64,000 bases of DNA. Origin: an uncultured virus (IMG/VR IMGVR_UViG_3300042863_000355) (Duplodnaviria > Heunggongvirae > Uroviricota > Caudoviricetes). A model generated the notes under the pieces. It was given only the letters and a program-made list of their open reading frames with translations, made no database searches and had not been told where the DNA came from. Made by a program: the position numbers and the translations under genes. Within the stretch, counting starts at the first letter, position 1. Each line of letters opens with the position of its first letter. This document shows positions 40,698 through 49,602 of this stretch, one piece after another. The stretch is from IMG/VR virus record IMGVR_UViG_3300042863_000355; one strand, written 5' to 3'.

Positions 40698-41513
40698 ATG
40701 AAGAAGTTATTCGTTGTATTATTATCGATATTATCATCTACTGTATTTGCGTGGGATCAACGCCCTCCTAACCCAGTAGCAGCATGCCAAATACATGCCC
40801 CATACGGGTTTCCTCAAAGTTCTAGATCAATACAACCTATTTGTAGACAAGCATATCTAGTGGGATATGATTCTGCTGCCAAAATACCAGAGTTTGTAAT
40901 GTACGAACTTATTCCTACTAACGCATTAGGTTGCATACCACGAACCAATGCGTTTGTTGCTGATCAATCTATACGTAATGGTCCTCGCCCAGATGATTAT
41001 GCTGGCACAGGTTACGATAAAGGACATATGGCTCCGGATGGAGATTTAAGTTGGAATATGCAAGTTGAACTTGAATCATTTTTAATGACTAACATGGTTC
41101 CGCAAGCCGGGTCATTAAACCGTGGAATTTGGAAATTACTAGAAACATCTATCCGAGGGTGGACAGTACAGCTTAATAATTCTTATACAATCATAACCGG
41201 TAGCATATATGCACCTGGTGACAAGATTATTGGCAATGGAGTAGTTGTGCCACGTGGATTTTATAAGATTGTTATCAATAATCAAACAAATGAAGTGGCA
41301 GGTTGGCAATTCCCACATGTGCCACCATATCCAAATTTAGGCAATGACCTAACTAAATTCCGTGTGTCTGTAGCACAAATTATGCAAACAGCCGGCGTTA
41401 AGTATGCGTTTCCCACTAATGCAGTAGAATTACCACCAGGCAAAGAATGGCCTGTAAATTTTGGTAAATTGGTACAGACTAAACGTGCAAGGTGCGGTGC
41501 TGCAAATGGTTAA
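40698..41513 (+). CDS. DNA/RNA non-specific endonuclease (NucA/EndoG family) with signal peptide
   Basis: GYDKGHMAP active site, SFLMTNMVPQ...NRGIW, VP..FYK; MKKLFVVLLSILSSTVFA signal peptide. Confidence 0.9.
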   Translation: MKKLFVVLLSILSSTVFAWDQRPPNPVAACQIHAPYGFPQSSRSIQPICRQAYLVGYDSAAKIPEFVMYELIPTNALGCIPRTNAFVADQSIRNGPRPDDYAGTGYDKGHMAPDGDLSWNMQVELESFLMTNMVPQAGSLNRGIWKLLETSIRGWTVQLNNSYTIITGSIYAPGDKIIGNGVVVPRGFYKIVINNQTNEVAGWQFPHVPPYPNLGNDLTKFRVSVAQIMQTAGVKYAFPTNAVELPPGKEWPVNFGKLVQTKRARCGAANG

Positions 41514-41565
41514 ATGCCATAAATTGGCAAATGATTTTAATACCTAATTAAAATCCAACATTATT

Positions 41566-41829
41566 ATGACTAAACAATATAGGATCACAACACAAAATTT
41601 AACTCAAAGTAGCGAAGATGATTGCTATCTTGAGCCAGATGATCCTGTGTATCAATTGCTAATTGCCAGTCACATGGGTGGGTTAGGCAGTCAATCAAAG
41701 TTAGCAGAATACAATAGGATTACATCCGAACGACAAAAAGCTAAAATATCACCCGAGCTTGAATATGCTAAATCAACAGGAATACGCCCAGGGACGCCGG
41801 CTTGGTATGCGCTGTTTCCTAAGAAGTAA
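41566..41829 (+). CDS. Hypothetical protein
   Basis: 87-aa ORF ending IRPGTPAWYALF, just upstream of terminase. Confidence 0.55.
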   Translation: MTKQYRITTQNLTQSSEDDCYLEPDDPVYQLLIASHMGGLGSQSKLAEYNRITSERQKAKISPELEYAKSTGIRPGTPAWYALFPKK

Positions 41830-41851
41830 CACATTTTAAAGTAAATACAAC

Positions 41852-43414
41852 ATGGGATTTGATTCACACTCGCTGGCAAAAACGCCACATAAAAAAGAAA
41901 TATATACAGAGCAACAGCTTACAGAATTTGCTGCCTGCGCCGATCCGGTTACTGGGCCAGAATATTTTATGCGTAATTTCTTCTATATTCAACAAACAGT
42001 TGGTGGAAGAACACTATATAAACCCTTTGAATATCAAGTACGATTAATTGACACTTATCATAATTATCGTTTCTCAATAGCTATGATGCCACGCCAAACA
42101 GGCAAGTCAACATCAGCGGCGGGCTATCTATTATGGTATGCTATGTTTGTGCCTGACTCAACAGTTCTTATTGCTGCACACAAATTCGACGGATCGCAAG
42201 AGATTATGAAACGTATTCGTTTTGCATACGAATTATGTCCTGACCATATTCGCGCAGGAGCCACTAATTATAATTTAGGTTCAATAGATTTTGAAAACGG
42301 AAGTCGTATTGTATCAGCTACAACTACAGAAAATACTGGCCGTGGTATGTCAATTTCACTCTTATATTGCGATGAGTTTGCATTCGTGCGGCCAAGTGTA
42401 GCACAAGAATTCTGGACTTCTATAAGCCCAACATTGGCAACTGGTGGATCAGCTATCATTACTTCCACTCCAAATAGCGACGAAGATCAATTTGCGCTAT
42501 TGTGGAAAGGCGCCAATAAAATGGAAGATAGCCATGGTAATCCACAAGATTTAGGTATAAACGGATTTAGAGCATTCCGTAGCTATTGGCGCGAACATCC
42601 TGATAGAGACGACAACTGGGCCTCATCTATGCGGGCACAGTTAGGGGAAGATCAATTCCGTCGCGAGATGGATTGTGAATTTATTATTAATGATGAAACA
42701 CTCATTGCTCCAGCTAAACTCATAGATTTAGAAGGTATTGAACCTACACATCGCACAGCACAAGTACGTTGGTACAAGGAACCACAAGCCGGCAAAATGT
42801 ACTGTGTCGGACTTGACCCATCACTGGGAACTGGTGGTGATCCCTCTGCTATACAAATTTTTGAAGCTAATAGTACAGAACAAATTGGTGAATGGAAACA
42901 CAATAGAACAACAATTCCTGAGCAAGTACGTATACTTGCAGACATTATAAAACACATTTATAGTTTTACCAAAGACGAACAATCAATATATTATTCGGTT
43001 GAGAATAACACTATCGGAGAAGCTGCACTTATATCTATAGAGCAGTTTGGAGAAGAGAACATTAAGGGCTATTTCTTGTCAGACCCTACCAGAGGAGCCG
43101 GCAGGTATCGGAAAGGTTTTAACACTAGTCCTAAAAACAAGCTAACAGCATGTTCTAAGTTAAAAACGTTGATAGAATCAAATAAAATGAAATTACGGAG
43201 TCGTCCACTCATTTCTGAACTTAAAACATTTGTGGCCAATGGAGTTAGTTATGCAGCTAAACCCGGGTCAACTGACGACTTAGTTATGGCTACACTACTA
43301 GTTACACGCATGATGATACTATTGCAGACATATCACCCAGAGATGGACACTCAAATGCGTGATCATGGTGAAAGTATCGTTCCGCCGTTGCCATTCATTG
43401 CTACGATGTATTAA
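41852..43414 (+). CDS. terL: Terminase large subunit (T4 gp17-like)
   Basis: PRQTGKS Walker A, LLYCDEFAF Walker B, TSTPN, GLDPS and DDLVMA nuclease motifs. Confidence 0.95.
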   Translation: MGFDSHSLAKTPHKKEIYTEQQLTEFAACADPVTGPEYFMRNFFYIQQTVGGRTLYKPFEYQVRLIDTYHNYRFSIAMMPRQTGKSTSAAGYLLWYAMFVPDSTVLIAAHKFDGSQEIMKRIRFAYELCPDHIRAGATNYNLGSIDFENGSRIVSATTTENTGRGMSISLLYCDEFAFVRPSVAQEFWTSISPTLATGGSAIITSTPNSDEDQFALLWKGANKMEDSHGNPQDLGINGFRAFRSYWREHPDRDDNWASSMRAQLGEDQFRREMDCEFIINDETLIAPAKLIDLEGIEPTHRTAQVRWYKEPQAGKMYCVGLDPSLGTGGDPSAIQIFEANSTEQIGEWKHNRTTIPEQVRILADIIKHIYSFTKDEQSIYYSVENNTIGEAALISIEQFGEENIKGYFLSDPTRGAGRYRKGFNTSPKNKLTACSKLKTLIESNKMKLRSRPLISELKTFVANGVSYAAKPGSTDDLVMATLLVTRMMILLQTYHPEMDTQMRDHGESIVPPLPFIATMY

Positions 43415-43428
43415 ACATAAATAATACT

Positions 43429-45675
43429 ATGAATCAAAATACACCCGATCAAGAACTATATAACTTACTAGTTACTAGAGATTTCAATCCAGAAAAAGTA
43501 CCGCTTAACAATACTAGCGGGTCTACGATTAAGCCAGTATCGTACAAATTTGATTACAAAGCACAATCAGGTAAGGACTATGGTACAGCAGTAGCTATGA
43601 TTAATGACGAAGGATTGACACTTTTCTTTGGAGATAATCTGGGAAAAAGCATGGATTCAGAGGATAAAGATGGATGGTTTTCTTTTTTATCGCAACTAAA
43701 GAACTTAGCAGTACGTGATGACATGAAAGGCGGGTTTAACGCTAACGATTTAAGTAAACTAAGATATAGTATGCAAGGTCAAGCAGCAATCAAAGAAGGA
43801 TTGTTTGAAAGTTGGGCCGGCACAAAAACTCGTTCTTGGAATGGAATGGAAACTGAAGCACGGTTAATGATTAAACACAAACGTGTCATTGGTGAAAATG
43901 ATGCTCGTTTTCGTTACATTGAAAGTTTATTTGTAGAAACGGCAGAAGGCGAAAGATACAAATTACCATTTACAAAATTATCAGCAGGTCGTGCCATGAT
44001 AGAACATGTACGACAAGGTGGTAAACCTTACGATATTCGTGGCAATCACATTGCTCAAATCGTAGAAGAAATGAATGTACTAAGTAGATTCAAACGTGCC
44101 AATCAGGGCAAAATTTTTGAAGGTGTGACTGCCGAGTTAGTTGAAAGCGCAGGCGCATATTACGAAAATCTACAGCATAATTTAAAAAGTTTAAGTTCAA
44201 AAACCGGATATATAAAGTACTTTGAAGCATGGGATCCAGCAGCAATAACGGATGAAGATGTTATTATTGAAGACCTGCGCCACATGTTTGTTGAACAAAA
44301 TATCGACTCACGTGTTGAACAAGCATTACCTTTACTGGCAAGATTACAACGGGAACAAGCAATGAAAGAAGCTAATATATTCGAAGGATGGGCAAACCTT
44401 ATACTTGAAGGTACTTGGGCATTGCCTGACACAAAAGAAAAACAAATAGCACTTGTTGAATTACTAAGCCAAGAATTGCCAGTTGGCCCTGATGCTATTA
44501 ATGTTACTGAACAACTATACAGCTTAATAGGCGATGATAAATTATTTGAACAGTTAGGTGCATTGGCCAGTAAAAATGCAGATGCTGATGCTAGAGAAAT
44601 TATACTTAACAGACTAGAAGAATTAAAAGATAATCCTGGTGTAGCACAAGTGATTGGAGAATTAACTAATCAATCTCTAGAGGAACCAGCACAAGAGGTA
44701 TCAGAATCTCGCGGAGCTGATTATGAATTTGAAACTGAAATAATTAATCCAGCGTGGTTGGCATGGGAAAGCACAGAGGAAACTGAAGATAATCCTCTGC
44801 CGCCAGAACCAGAACAAATGATTTCAGTTACAGTTTCTTATAATACTTCGGGATCATATCAGCCTGCAACATGGGGCGATGGTGGTGGTAGTCCAGCAGA
44901 AGGTCCGGAAATAAGTATTGTATCTGTAGTTGATAATACTACAGGCGAACAACTTGATCCTGAAAATGTGGTAACTGGAGACCATGAAAATTTATACGAT
45001 AAAGCTTCTAATGATCAAAGTGGTATGAGTGAGGGTTCGGAAGATCCACTTATTCAACTACGCCGCAGCGCAGGCATGCACGAAGATGATATGGAAGAAA
45101 GTTGGAAAGGCAAATTAGCTGCCGCTGGGCTAGTGGGTGCTGCTGCTTTAGGTGGGTATGCTGCCGGATCACATAATCCAGGTAATGGATTCAGTAATAC
45201 AAAAGGTATTGATCAATTTAATAAACCTACAACTTCTCATGTTCAACCATTAAAAACTCAAGCAGATTTAGATAGATATAACAAAACTCGTCCATCTGGC
45301 ACTTCAAAATTAGTTAATTTACCCAGTGATTTTGAAGAAGAAAAAGAAATGAATGAAGGTGGATTTGCCACTGCCGGCAAATATATCGGTACTGGGCTTG
45401 GCGCATTAGCTGGTTCAAAGGCAAGCAAAGGTAGTAAGCGTGGAATGAAAGGCGGAGCATTAGCCGGTGCTGCTGCTGGCGAAGCCGGCGGACAATGGAT
45501 TGATGACAAAATTTCTAATTTACATAAAAAATCATCTAACCCTACTCAAATGACAGCAGAAAGTGGCAATCGGTTAGAAGGACAATATGGACATTCTGGC
45601 AAAATGACACCCGTCGAAGGTGGCGATGCGGATACTATAGCCCGCTTAAAATTCTTATCAGGTATAAATAAATAG
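43429..45675 (+). CDS. Hypothetical virion/head protein (748 aa)
   Basis: Late TAAATA 5 nt upstream; many hydrophobic-x-E motifs, glycine-rich helices, C-terminal IARLKFLSGI. Confidence 0.55.
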   Translation: MNQNTPDQELYNLLVTRDFNPEKVPLNNTSGSTIKPVSYKFDYKAQSGKDYGTAVAMINDEGLTLFFGDNLGKSMDSEDKDGWFSFLSQLKNLAVRDDMKGGFNANDLSKLRYSMQGQAAIKEGLFESWAGTKTRSWNGMETEARLMIKHKRVIGENDARFRYIESLFVETAEGERYKLPFTKLSAGRAMIEHVRQGGKPYDIRGNHIAQIVEEMNVLSRFKRANQGKIFEGVTAELVESAGAYYENLQHNLKSLSSKTGYIKYFEAWDPAAITDEDVIIEDLRHMFVEQNIDSRVEQALPLLARLQREQAMKEANIFEGWANLILEGTWALPDTKEKQIALVELLSQELPVGPDAINVTEQLYSLIGDDKLFEQLGALASKNADADAREIILNRLEELKDNPGVAQVIGELTNQSLEEPAQEVSESRGADYEFETEIINPAWLAWESTEETEDNPLPPEPEQMISVTVSYNTSGSYQPATWGDGGGSPAEGPEISIVSVVDNTTGEQLDPENVVTGDHENLYDKASNDQSGMSEGSEDPLIQLRRSAGMHEDDMEESWKGKLAAAGLVGAAALGGYAAGSHNPGNGFSNTKGIDQFNKPTTSHVQPLKTQADLDRYNKTRPSGTSKLVNLPSDFEEEKEMNEGGFATAGKYIGTGLGALAGSKASKGSKRGMKGGALAGAAAGEAGGQWIDDKISNLHKKSSNPTQMTAESGNRLEGQYGHSGKMTPVEGGDADTIARLKFLSGINK

Positions 45676-45738
45676 ATAAATAAGACGTAAGAATAAAATG
45701 GCAAACCTAGTTTACTATGTTTGTCGTTTTAGTAGTAA

Positions 45739-45769
45739 GCACATACCTAGATGTGTATAATTAACTAGG
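45739..45769 (+). promoter_or_regulatory. H-type pseudoknot in the SSB (gene 32-like) mRNA leader
   Basis: S1 GCACAT/ATGTGT, single-A loop, S2 CCTAG/CTAGG; same topology as the T4 gene 32 operator. Confidence 0.7.
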
Positions 45770-45838
45770 CAGGCAACTAAAATCTAAACATAAATTAGAT
45801 AGGCATCACATTTTACTTAATTAAAAAGGCATCTTAAA

Positions 45839-46849
45839 ATGGCATCATTAGCAGAAATCCGTGCTCGTTTAGCACAAACAGAAAACAAACAAGGCAGTCA
45901 ATCACAAGGCGACAACTCGATTTATCCACATTGGAATATCGCAGAAGGCACAGCCGCAGTACTTCGATTTATCCCAGACGGTAATACAAAAAACACTTTC
46001 TTTTGGCAAGAACGTGCAATGATTCGTCTACCATTTGCTGGTATTAAAGGCGAGTTAGAATCTAAACAAGTACAAGTTCGTGTACCATGTGTAGAGATGT
46101 GGGGAGAAACTTGCCCAATCTTGAGCGAAGTTCGTGCTTGGTTTAAAGACAAATCACTTGAAGATATGGGTCGTAAGTATTGGAAAAAGCGTGATTATAT
46201 TTTCCAAGGCTTTGTTCGTGAGAATCCTATTGCTGACGACAAGACTCCGGAAAATCCAATCCGTCGTTTCATTATCGGTCCACAAATCTTTACATCAATC
46301 AAATCAGCACTTATGGATCCAGAATTGGAAGAATTGCCAACAGATTATCTGCGTGGCTTAGACTTCCGTATTAGCAAAGGTTCCAAAGGCGGCTTTGCTG
46401 ATTATAGCAGTTCTAAATGGGCTCGTAAAGAGTCAGCACTTACAGAAGCTGAACAAGCAGCAATTGAACAATATGGCTTGTTTGATCTTTCAACATTCTT
46501 ACCTAAGCGTCCAACTGAAGTTGAGTTGAATGTTATGAAAGAAATGTTTGAAGCTTCAGTTGATGGACAAAGCTATGACACAGAACGTTGGGGACAATAC
46601 TTCCGTCCAGCAGGACTAAGTGCTCCGGCAACATCTGGTACTTCATCATCAGCAGCAGCTCCGGCAGCAGCAGCAGAAGACGATGATCCATTCTCTACAC
46701 CTACTAAAGTAGCAGCACCTGCTGCTCCAGTGAGTAGTTTCGATGAGGATGATGTTCCAGAAGCATCAGCTCCAGTAGCAACTCCCGCAGCATCATCGGA
46801 TAAGGCACAAGATATCTTGGCCATGATCCGAGCACGTCAAAAGGCCTAA
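45839..46849 (+). CDS. Single-stranded DNA-binding protein (T4 gp32-like)
   Basis: AVLRFIPD, C....GE.CPI, YWKKR, GLDFRI.K....ADYS.S.W; acidic Ala-rich tail; upstream of uvsX. Confidence 0.85.
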   Translation: MASLAEIRARLAQTENKQGSQSQGDNSIYPHWNIAEGTAAVLRFIPDGNTKNTFFWQERAMIRLPFAGIKGELESKQVQVRVPCVEMWGETCPILSEVRAWFKDKSLEDMGRKYWKKRDYIFQGFVRENPIADDKTPENPIRRFIIGPQIFTSIKSALMDPELEELPTDYLRGLDFRISKGSKGGFADYSSSKWARKESALTEAEQAAIEQYGLFDLSTFLPKRPTEVELNVMKEMFEASVDGQSYDTERWGQYFRPAGLSAPATSGTSSSAAAPAAAAEDDDPFSTPTKVAAPAAPVSSFDEDDVPEASAPVATPAASSDKAQDILAMIRARQKA

Positions 46850-46862
46850 GCACTAAGCCATC

Positions 46863-46892
46863 AATAATACAGGGGTCATACCCTGTATTATT
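46863..46892 (+). terminator. Stem-loop after the SSB gene
   Basis: AATAATACAGGG-gtcata-CCCTGTATTATT 12-bp stem. Confidence 0.6.
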
Positions 46893-46919
46893 AGCAGTAA
46901 AACAATAAAAGGATTAAAC

Positions 46920-47978
46920 ATGGCTAAGCCCTATGACTTTAGTAAATTTAGAAAAGACATTACCAAATCAATTGAAGGTATGTCTATTGGATATAATGAT
47001 CCTACTGATTGGATCTCAACAGGTAATTATGCTTTAAACTATCTTATCAGTGGCGATTTCAATAAAGGTATTCCATTAGGTAAAGTAACAGTATTTGCAG
47101 GCGAATCCGGTGCAGGCAAGAGTTACATTTGCTCAGGCAATATCGTTAAAAACGCACAAGATCAAGGCATTTTTGTTGTATTAATTGACTCAGAAAATGC
47201 TCTTGACGAATCTTGGTTGCAAGCACTTGGTGTCGATACTGACGAAAGCAAGTTACTTAAACTTAACATGGCTATGATAGATGATGTAGCTAAGACAATT
47301 GCAACATTTATGAGTGATTATAAAACACTACCAGAAGGCGAACGTCCCAAGGTATTGTTTGTTATTGACTCACTGGGTATGTTATTAACTCCTACTGATG
47401 TTAAACAGTTCGATGATGGTGATATGAAAGGCGACATGGGTCGTAAACCTAAAGCACTTACATCACTGGTTCGTAATTGCGTAAACATGTTTGGTAGTTA
47501 TAACGTTGGCATGGTTTGTACTAATCATACCTACGCAAGTCAAGATATGTTTGACCCTGATGATAAAATATCAGGCGGACAAGGATTCATTTATGCTTCT
47601 AGTATTGTCGTTGCTATGAAGAAAATGAAGTTGAAAGAAGATGAAGATGGCAACAAAATCTCTGATGTAATGGGTATTCGTGCAGGTTGTAAAGTAATGA
47701 AAACACGTTATGCAAAACCATTTGAAGGTATGCAGATCAAGATTCCTTATGAAACTGGCATGAATCCATACAGCGGCATGGTAGACTTAGCTGAGAAGCG
47801 TGAAATGCTGAAAAAAGAAGGCAACAGTCTAGTGTTTACTACTCCAGACGGCGAAGTTATTAAACAATTCCGCAAAAAATGGGAAGCCAATGAAGATGGT
47901 TGTTTAGATAAAATTATGGAAAATTTTGGTAAACACCCAGAAATAGTAAGTACTGATGACATAACTACGGAGGAATAA
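46920..47978 (+). CDS. uvsX: RecA-like recombinase
   Basis: GESGAGKS, IDSENA, VIDSLG, TNHTY, SGGQG, KTRY. Confidence 0.95.
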   Translation: MAKPYDFSKFRKDITKSIEGMSIGYNDPTDWISTGNYALNYLISGDFNKGIPLGKVTVFAGESGAGKSYICSGNIVKNAQDQGIFVVLIDSENALDESWLQALGVDTDESKLLKLNMAMIDDVAKTIATFMSDYKTLPEGERPKVLFVIDSLGMLLTPTDVKQFDDGDMKGDMGRKPKALTSLVRNCVNMFGSYNVGMVCTNHTYASQDMFDPDDKISGGQGFIYASSIVVAMKKMKLKEDEDGNKISDVMGIRAGCKVMKTRYAKPFEGMQIKIPYETGMNPYSGMVDLAEKREMLKKEGNSLVFTTPDGEVIKQFRKKWEANEDGCLDKIMENFGKHPEIVSTDDITTEE

Positions 47979-47980
47979 AA

Positions 47981-48232
47981 ATGTCAGTAGATTTATCAAG
48001 AGAAATTTATAACGAGTTAAAACGGTTTATCAACGTAGTTGATCGTGATGAAGCAGCAGAAACATTAGTATCAGTATTAATTGACAACGATATTTCTGCG
48101 GATGATATTAAAGATGCATTTAAGGGCGAAGCAGATATTAAGCGGGCTCTTACCAGTTATCTTAAAGATCATCTAGAAGAAGAAGAGGAAGACGATTACG
48201 ACGAAGACGAAGACGAAGATTATGAGAACTAG
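47981..48232 (+). CDS. Small acidic hypothetical protein
   Basis: GGAGG RBS; poly-D/E C-terminus. Confidence 0.65.
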   Translation: MSVDLSREIYNELKRFINVVDRDEAAETLVSVLIDNDISADDIKDAFKGEADIKRALTSYLKDHLEEEEEDDYDEDEDEDYEN

Positions 48233-48234
48233 TT

Positions 48235-48687
48235 ATGTGGTATAGTCGAGTAACAGCTAACTTAGGTGTAATACCAGATTTTATCGCACACTATGAAGCT
48301 GAACTTGTAAATGCTAAAAAAGAATGTCAGGTAGGGGGTATTATTGAAAAAAATATTACTTCCTTACCTGGCATTACTGAGCATAGATTTAATCAATTAC
48401 AAGAGATTGAGGCTGTATTAAACTATCTTAATATTCAACTACGTAAAATTCGTCGTAAACATTTTCAAAAATATCTAGAAGGATATGCTCGTGCTTTGAC
48501 TAGTAGAGATGCCGAAAAGTATGTAGATGGTGAAGATGAAGTTATTGATTTTGAAACATTAATAAATGAACTTGCATTATTACGAAATCGTTATCTAGGT
48601 ATTATGAAAGGACTTGAGTCTAAAAACTTTATGCTAGGGCATGTTGTTAGACTTAGAGCAGCTGGAATGGAAGACGTACAGGTATAA
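48235..48687 (+). CDS. uvsY: Recombination mediator UvsY-like
   Basis: Helical protein with KYLEGY...LTSRDAEKYVDGE; between uvsX and uvsW. Confidence 0.7.
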   Translation: MWYSRVTANLGVIPDFIAHYEAELVNAKKECQVGGIIEKNITSLPGITEHRFNQLQEIEAVLNYLNIQLRKIRRKHFQKYLEGYARALTSRDAEKYVDGEDEVIDFETLINELALLRNRYLGIMKGLESKNFMLGHVVRLRAAGMEDVQV

Positions 48688-48688
48688 C

Positions 48689-49441
48689 ATGTTTAGAAAC
48701 GCAGAAGAATCACATCAGCATAGTCTACACACCTTAAATCAATTGTATGAATACGACGATTTTATGGCGTCTATAAAAACAGTTGCCGATTTAGGATGCG
48801 GAACTGGCGAGGATTTAGTATGGTGGGCAACAAGGACCATGCGTGATGACCGAAAGACTAAACTTAATATTAAATGTCAGGGCATAGATATTCTTAACAG
48901 GCTACCTATTGCCGGTGCATATCCTAATATAATTTATCAGAGAGCAGATTTCGAGGTTAAAATTAATGCACCTCCTGGAGGATTTGATATTTTATGGTGT
49001 CATGATGCTTTCCAGTATGTTGTTGATCCAATAAAAACTCTAACATATTGGCGAGATATTAGCTCAGAAGGGGCAATGCTAGCTATCATAGTACCACAAA
49101 CAACTAATATTCGGCAAAAAGATTTAGATTTTACTCAACATGATGGCTGTTATTATCATTATACCATAGTAAATCTTATTCATATGTTGGCTATAACAGG
49201 GTGGGATTGCAAGTCAGGATTTTTTAAAAAAGATCCTACTGACAATTGGCTACATGCCATAGTTTATAAAAGTCATCGTACCCCATTTGACTTGAAAAAA
49301 ACACGTTGGTACGATTTAGTAGATGCAAAATTATTACCAGATTCTGCAGATAAATCAATATTAGCCAAGGGTTACTTGGATCAAAAAGATTTAGTTCTTC
49401 CGTGGCTAAACAAAAGTTTATCCAGTATGAATACTCAATAG
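48689..49441 (+). CDS. Class I SAM-dependent methyltransferase
   Basis: VADLGCGTG, GID, FDILWCHDAFQY; start revised to MFRNAE. Confidence 0.8.
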   Translation: MFRNAEESHQHSLHTLNQLYEYDDFMASIKTVADLGCGTGEDLVWWATRTMRDDRKTKLNIKCQGIDILNRLPIAGAYPNIIYQRADFEVKINAPPGGFDILWCHDAFQYVVDPIKTLTYWRDISSEGAMLAIIVPQTTNIRQKDLDFTQHDGCYYHYTIVNLIHMLAITGWDCKSGFFKKDPTDNWLHAIVYKSHRTPFDLKKTRWYDLVDAKLLPDSADKSILAKGYLDQKDLVLPWLNKSLSSMNTQ

Positions 49442-49480
49442 CATAAAATTTACCCATACGCTAATTAGCGTATAAATAAA

Positions 49481-49553
49481 AGGTAGCTCCTGTATTGCTA
49501 CAAAAAAAGCAATACATTTTATCAGGCGCCTGTAAAACGGCGCCTGTTTTTTT
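49481..49553 (+). ncRNA. Candidate small non-coding RNA
   Basis: Between TATAAATA (49471-49478) and terminator CAGGCGCC/GGCGCCTG-T7; structured; no ATG on this strand. Confidence 0.55.
49523..49553 (+). terminator. Intrinsic terminator
   Basis: 8-bp GC stem followed by TTTTTTT. Confidence 0.8.
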
Positions 49554-49580
49554 GATTTAACGGGATAAGTGTGTTATTAT
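49552..49580 (+). promoter_or_regulatory. Sigma70-like promoter for uvsW
   Basis: TTGATT-17 nt-TATTAT. Confidence 0.5.
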
Positions 49581-49602
49581 TACAACATGAAAACATATCA
49601 AT

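Noticed and set aside
41515..41555. Two small AT-rich hairpins (TGCCA/TGGCA; GATTTTAAT/ATTAAAATC)
   Set aside because: Weak, no U tract, plausible by chance in AT-rich DNA
49479..49487. AAAGGTAGC resembling the reverse complement of part of a ToxI repeat as recalled from memory
   Set aside because: Only 9 nt, wrong orientation, not tandem; not evidence of homology
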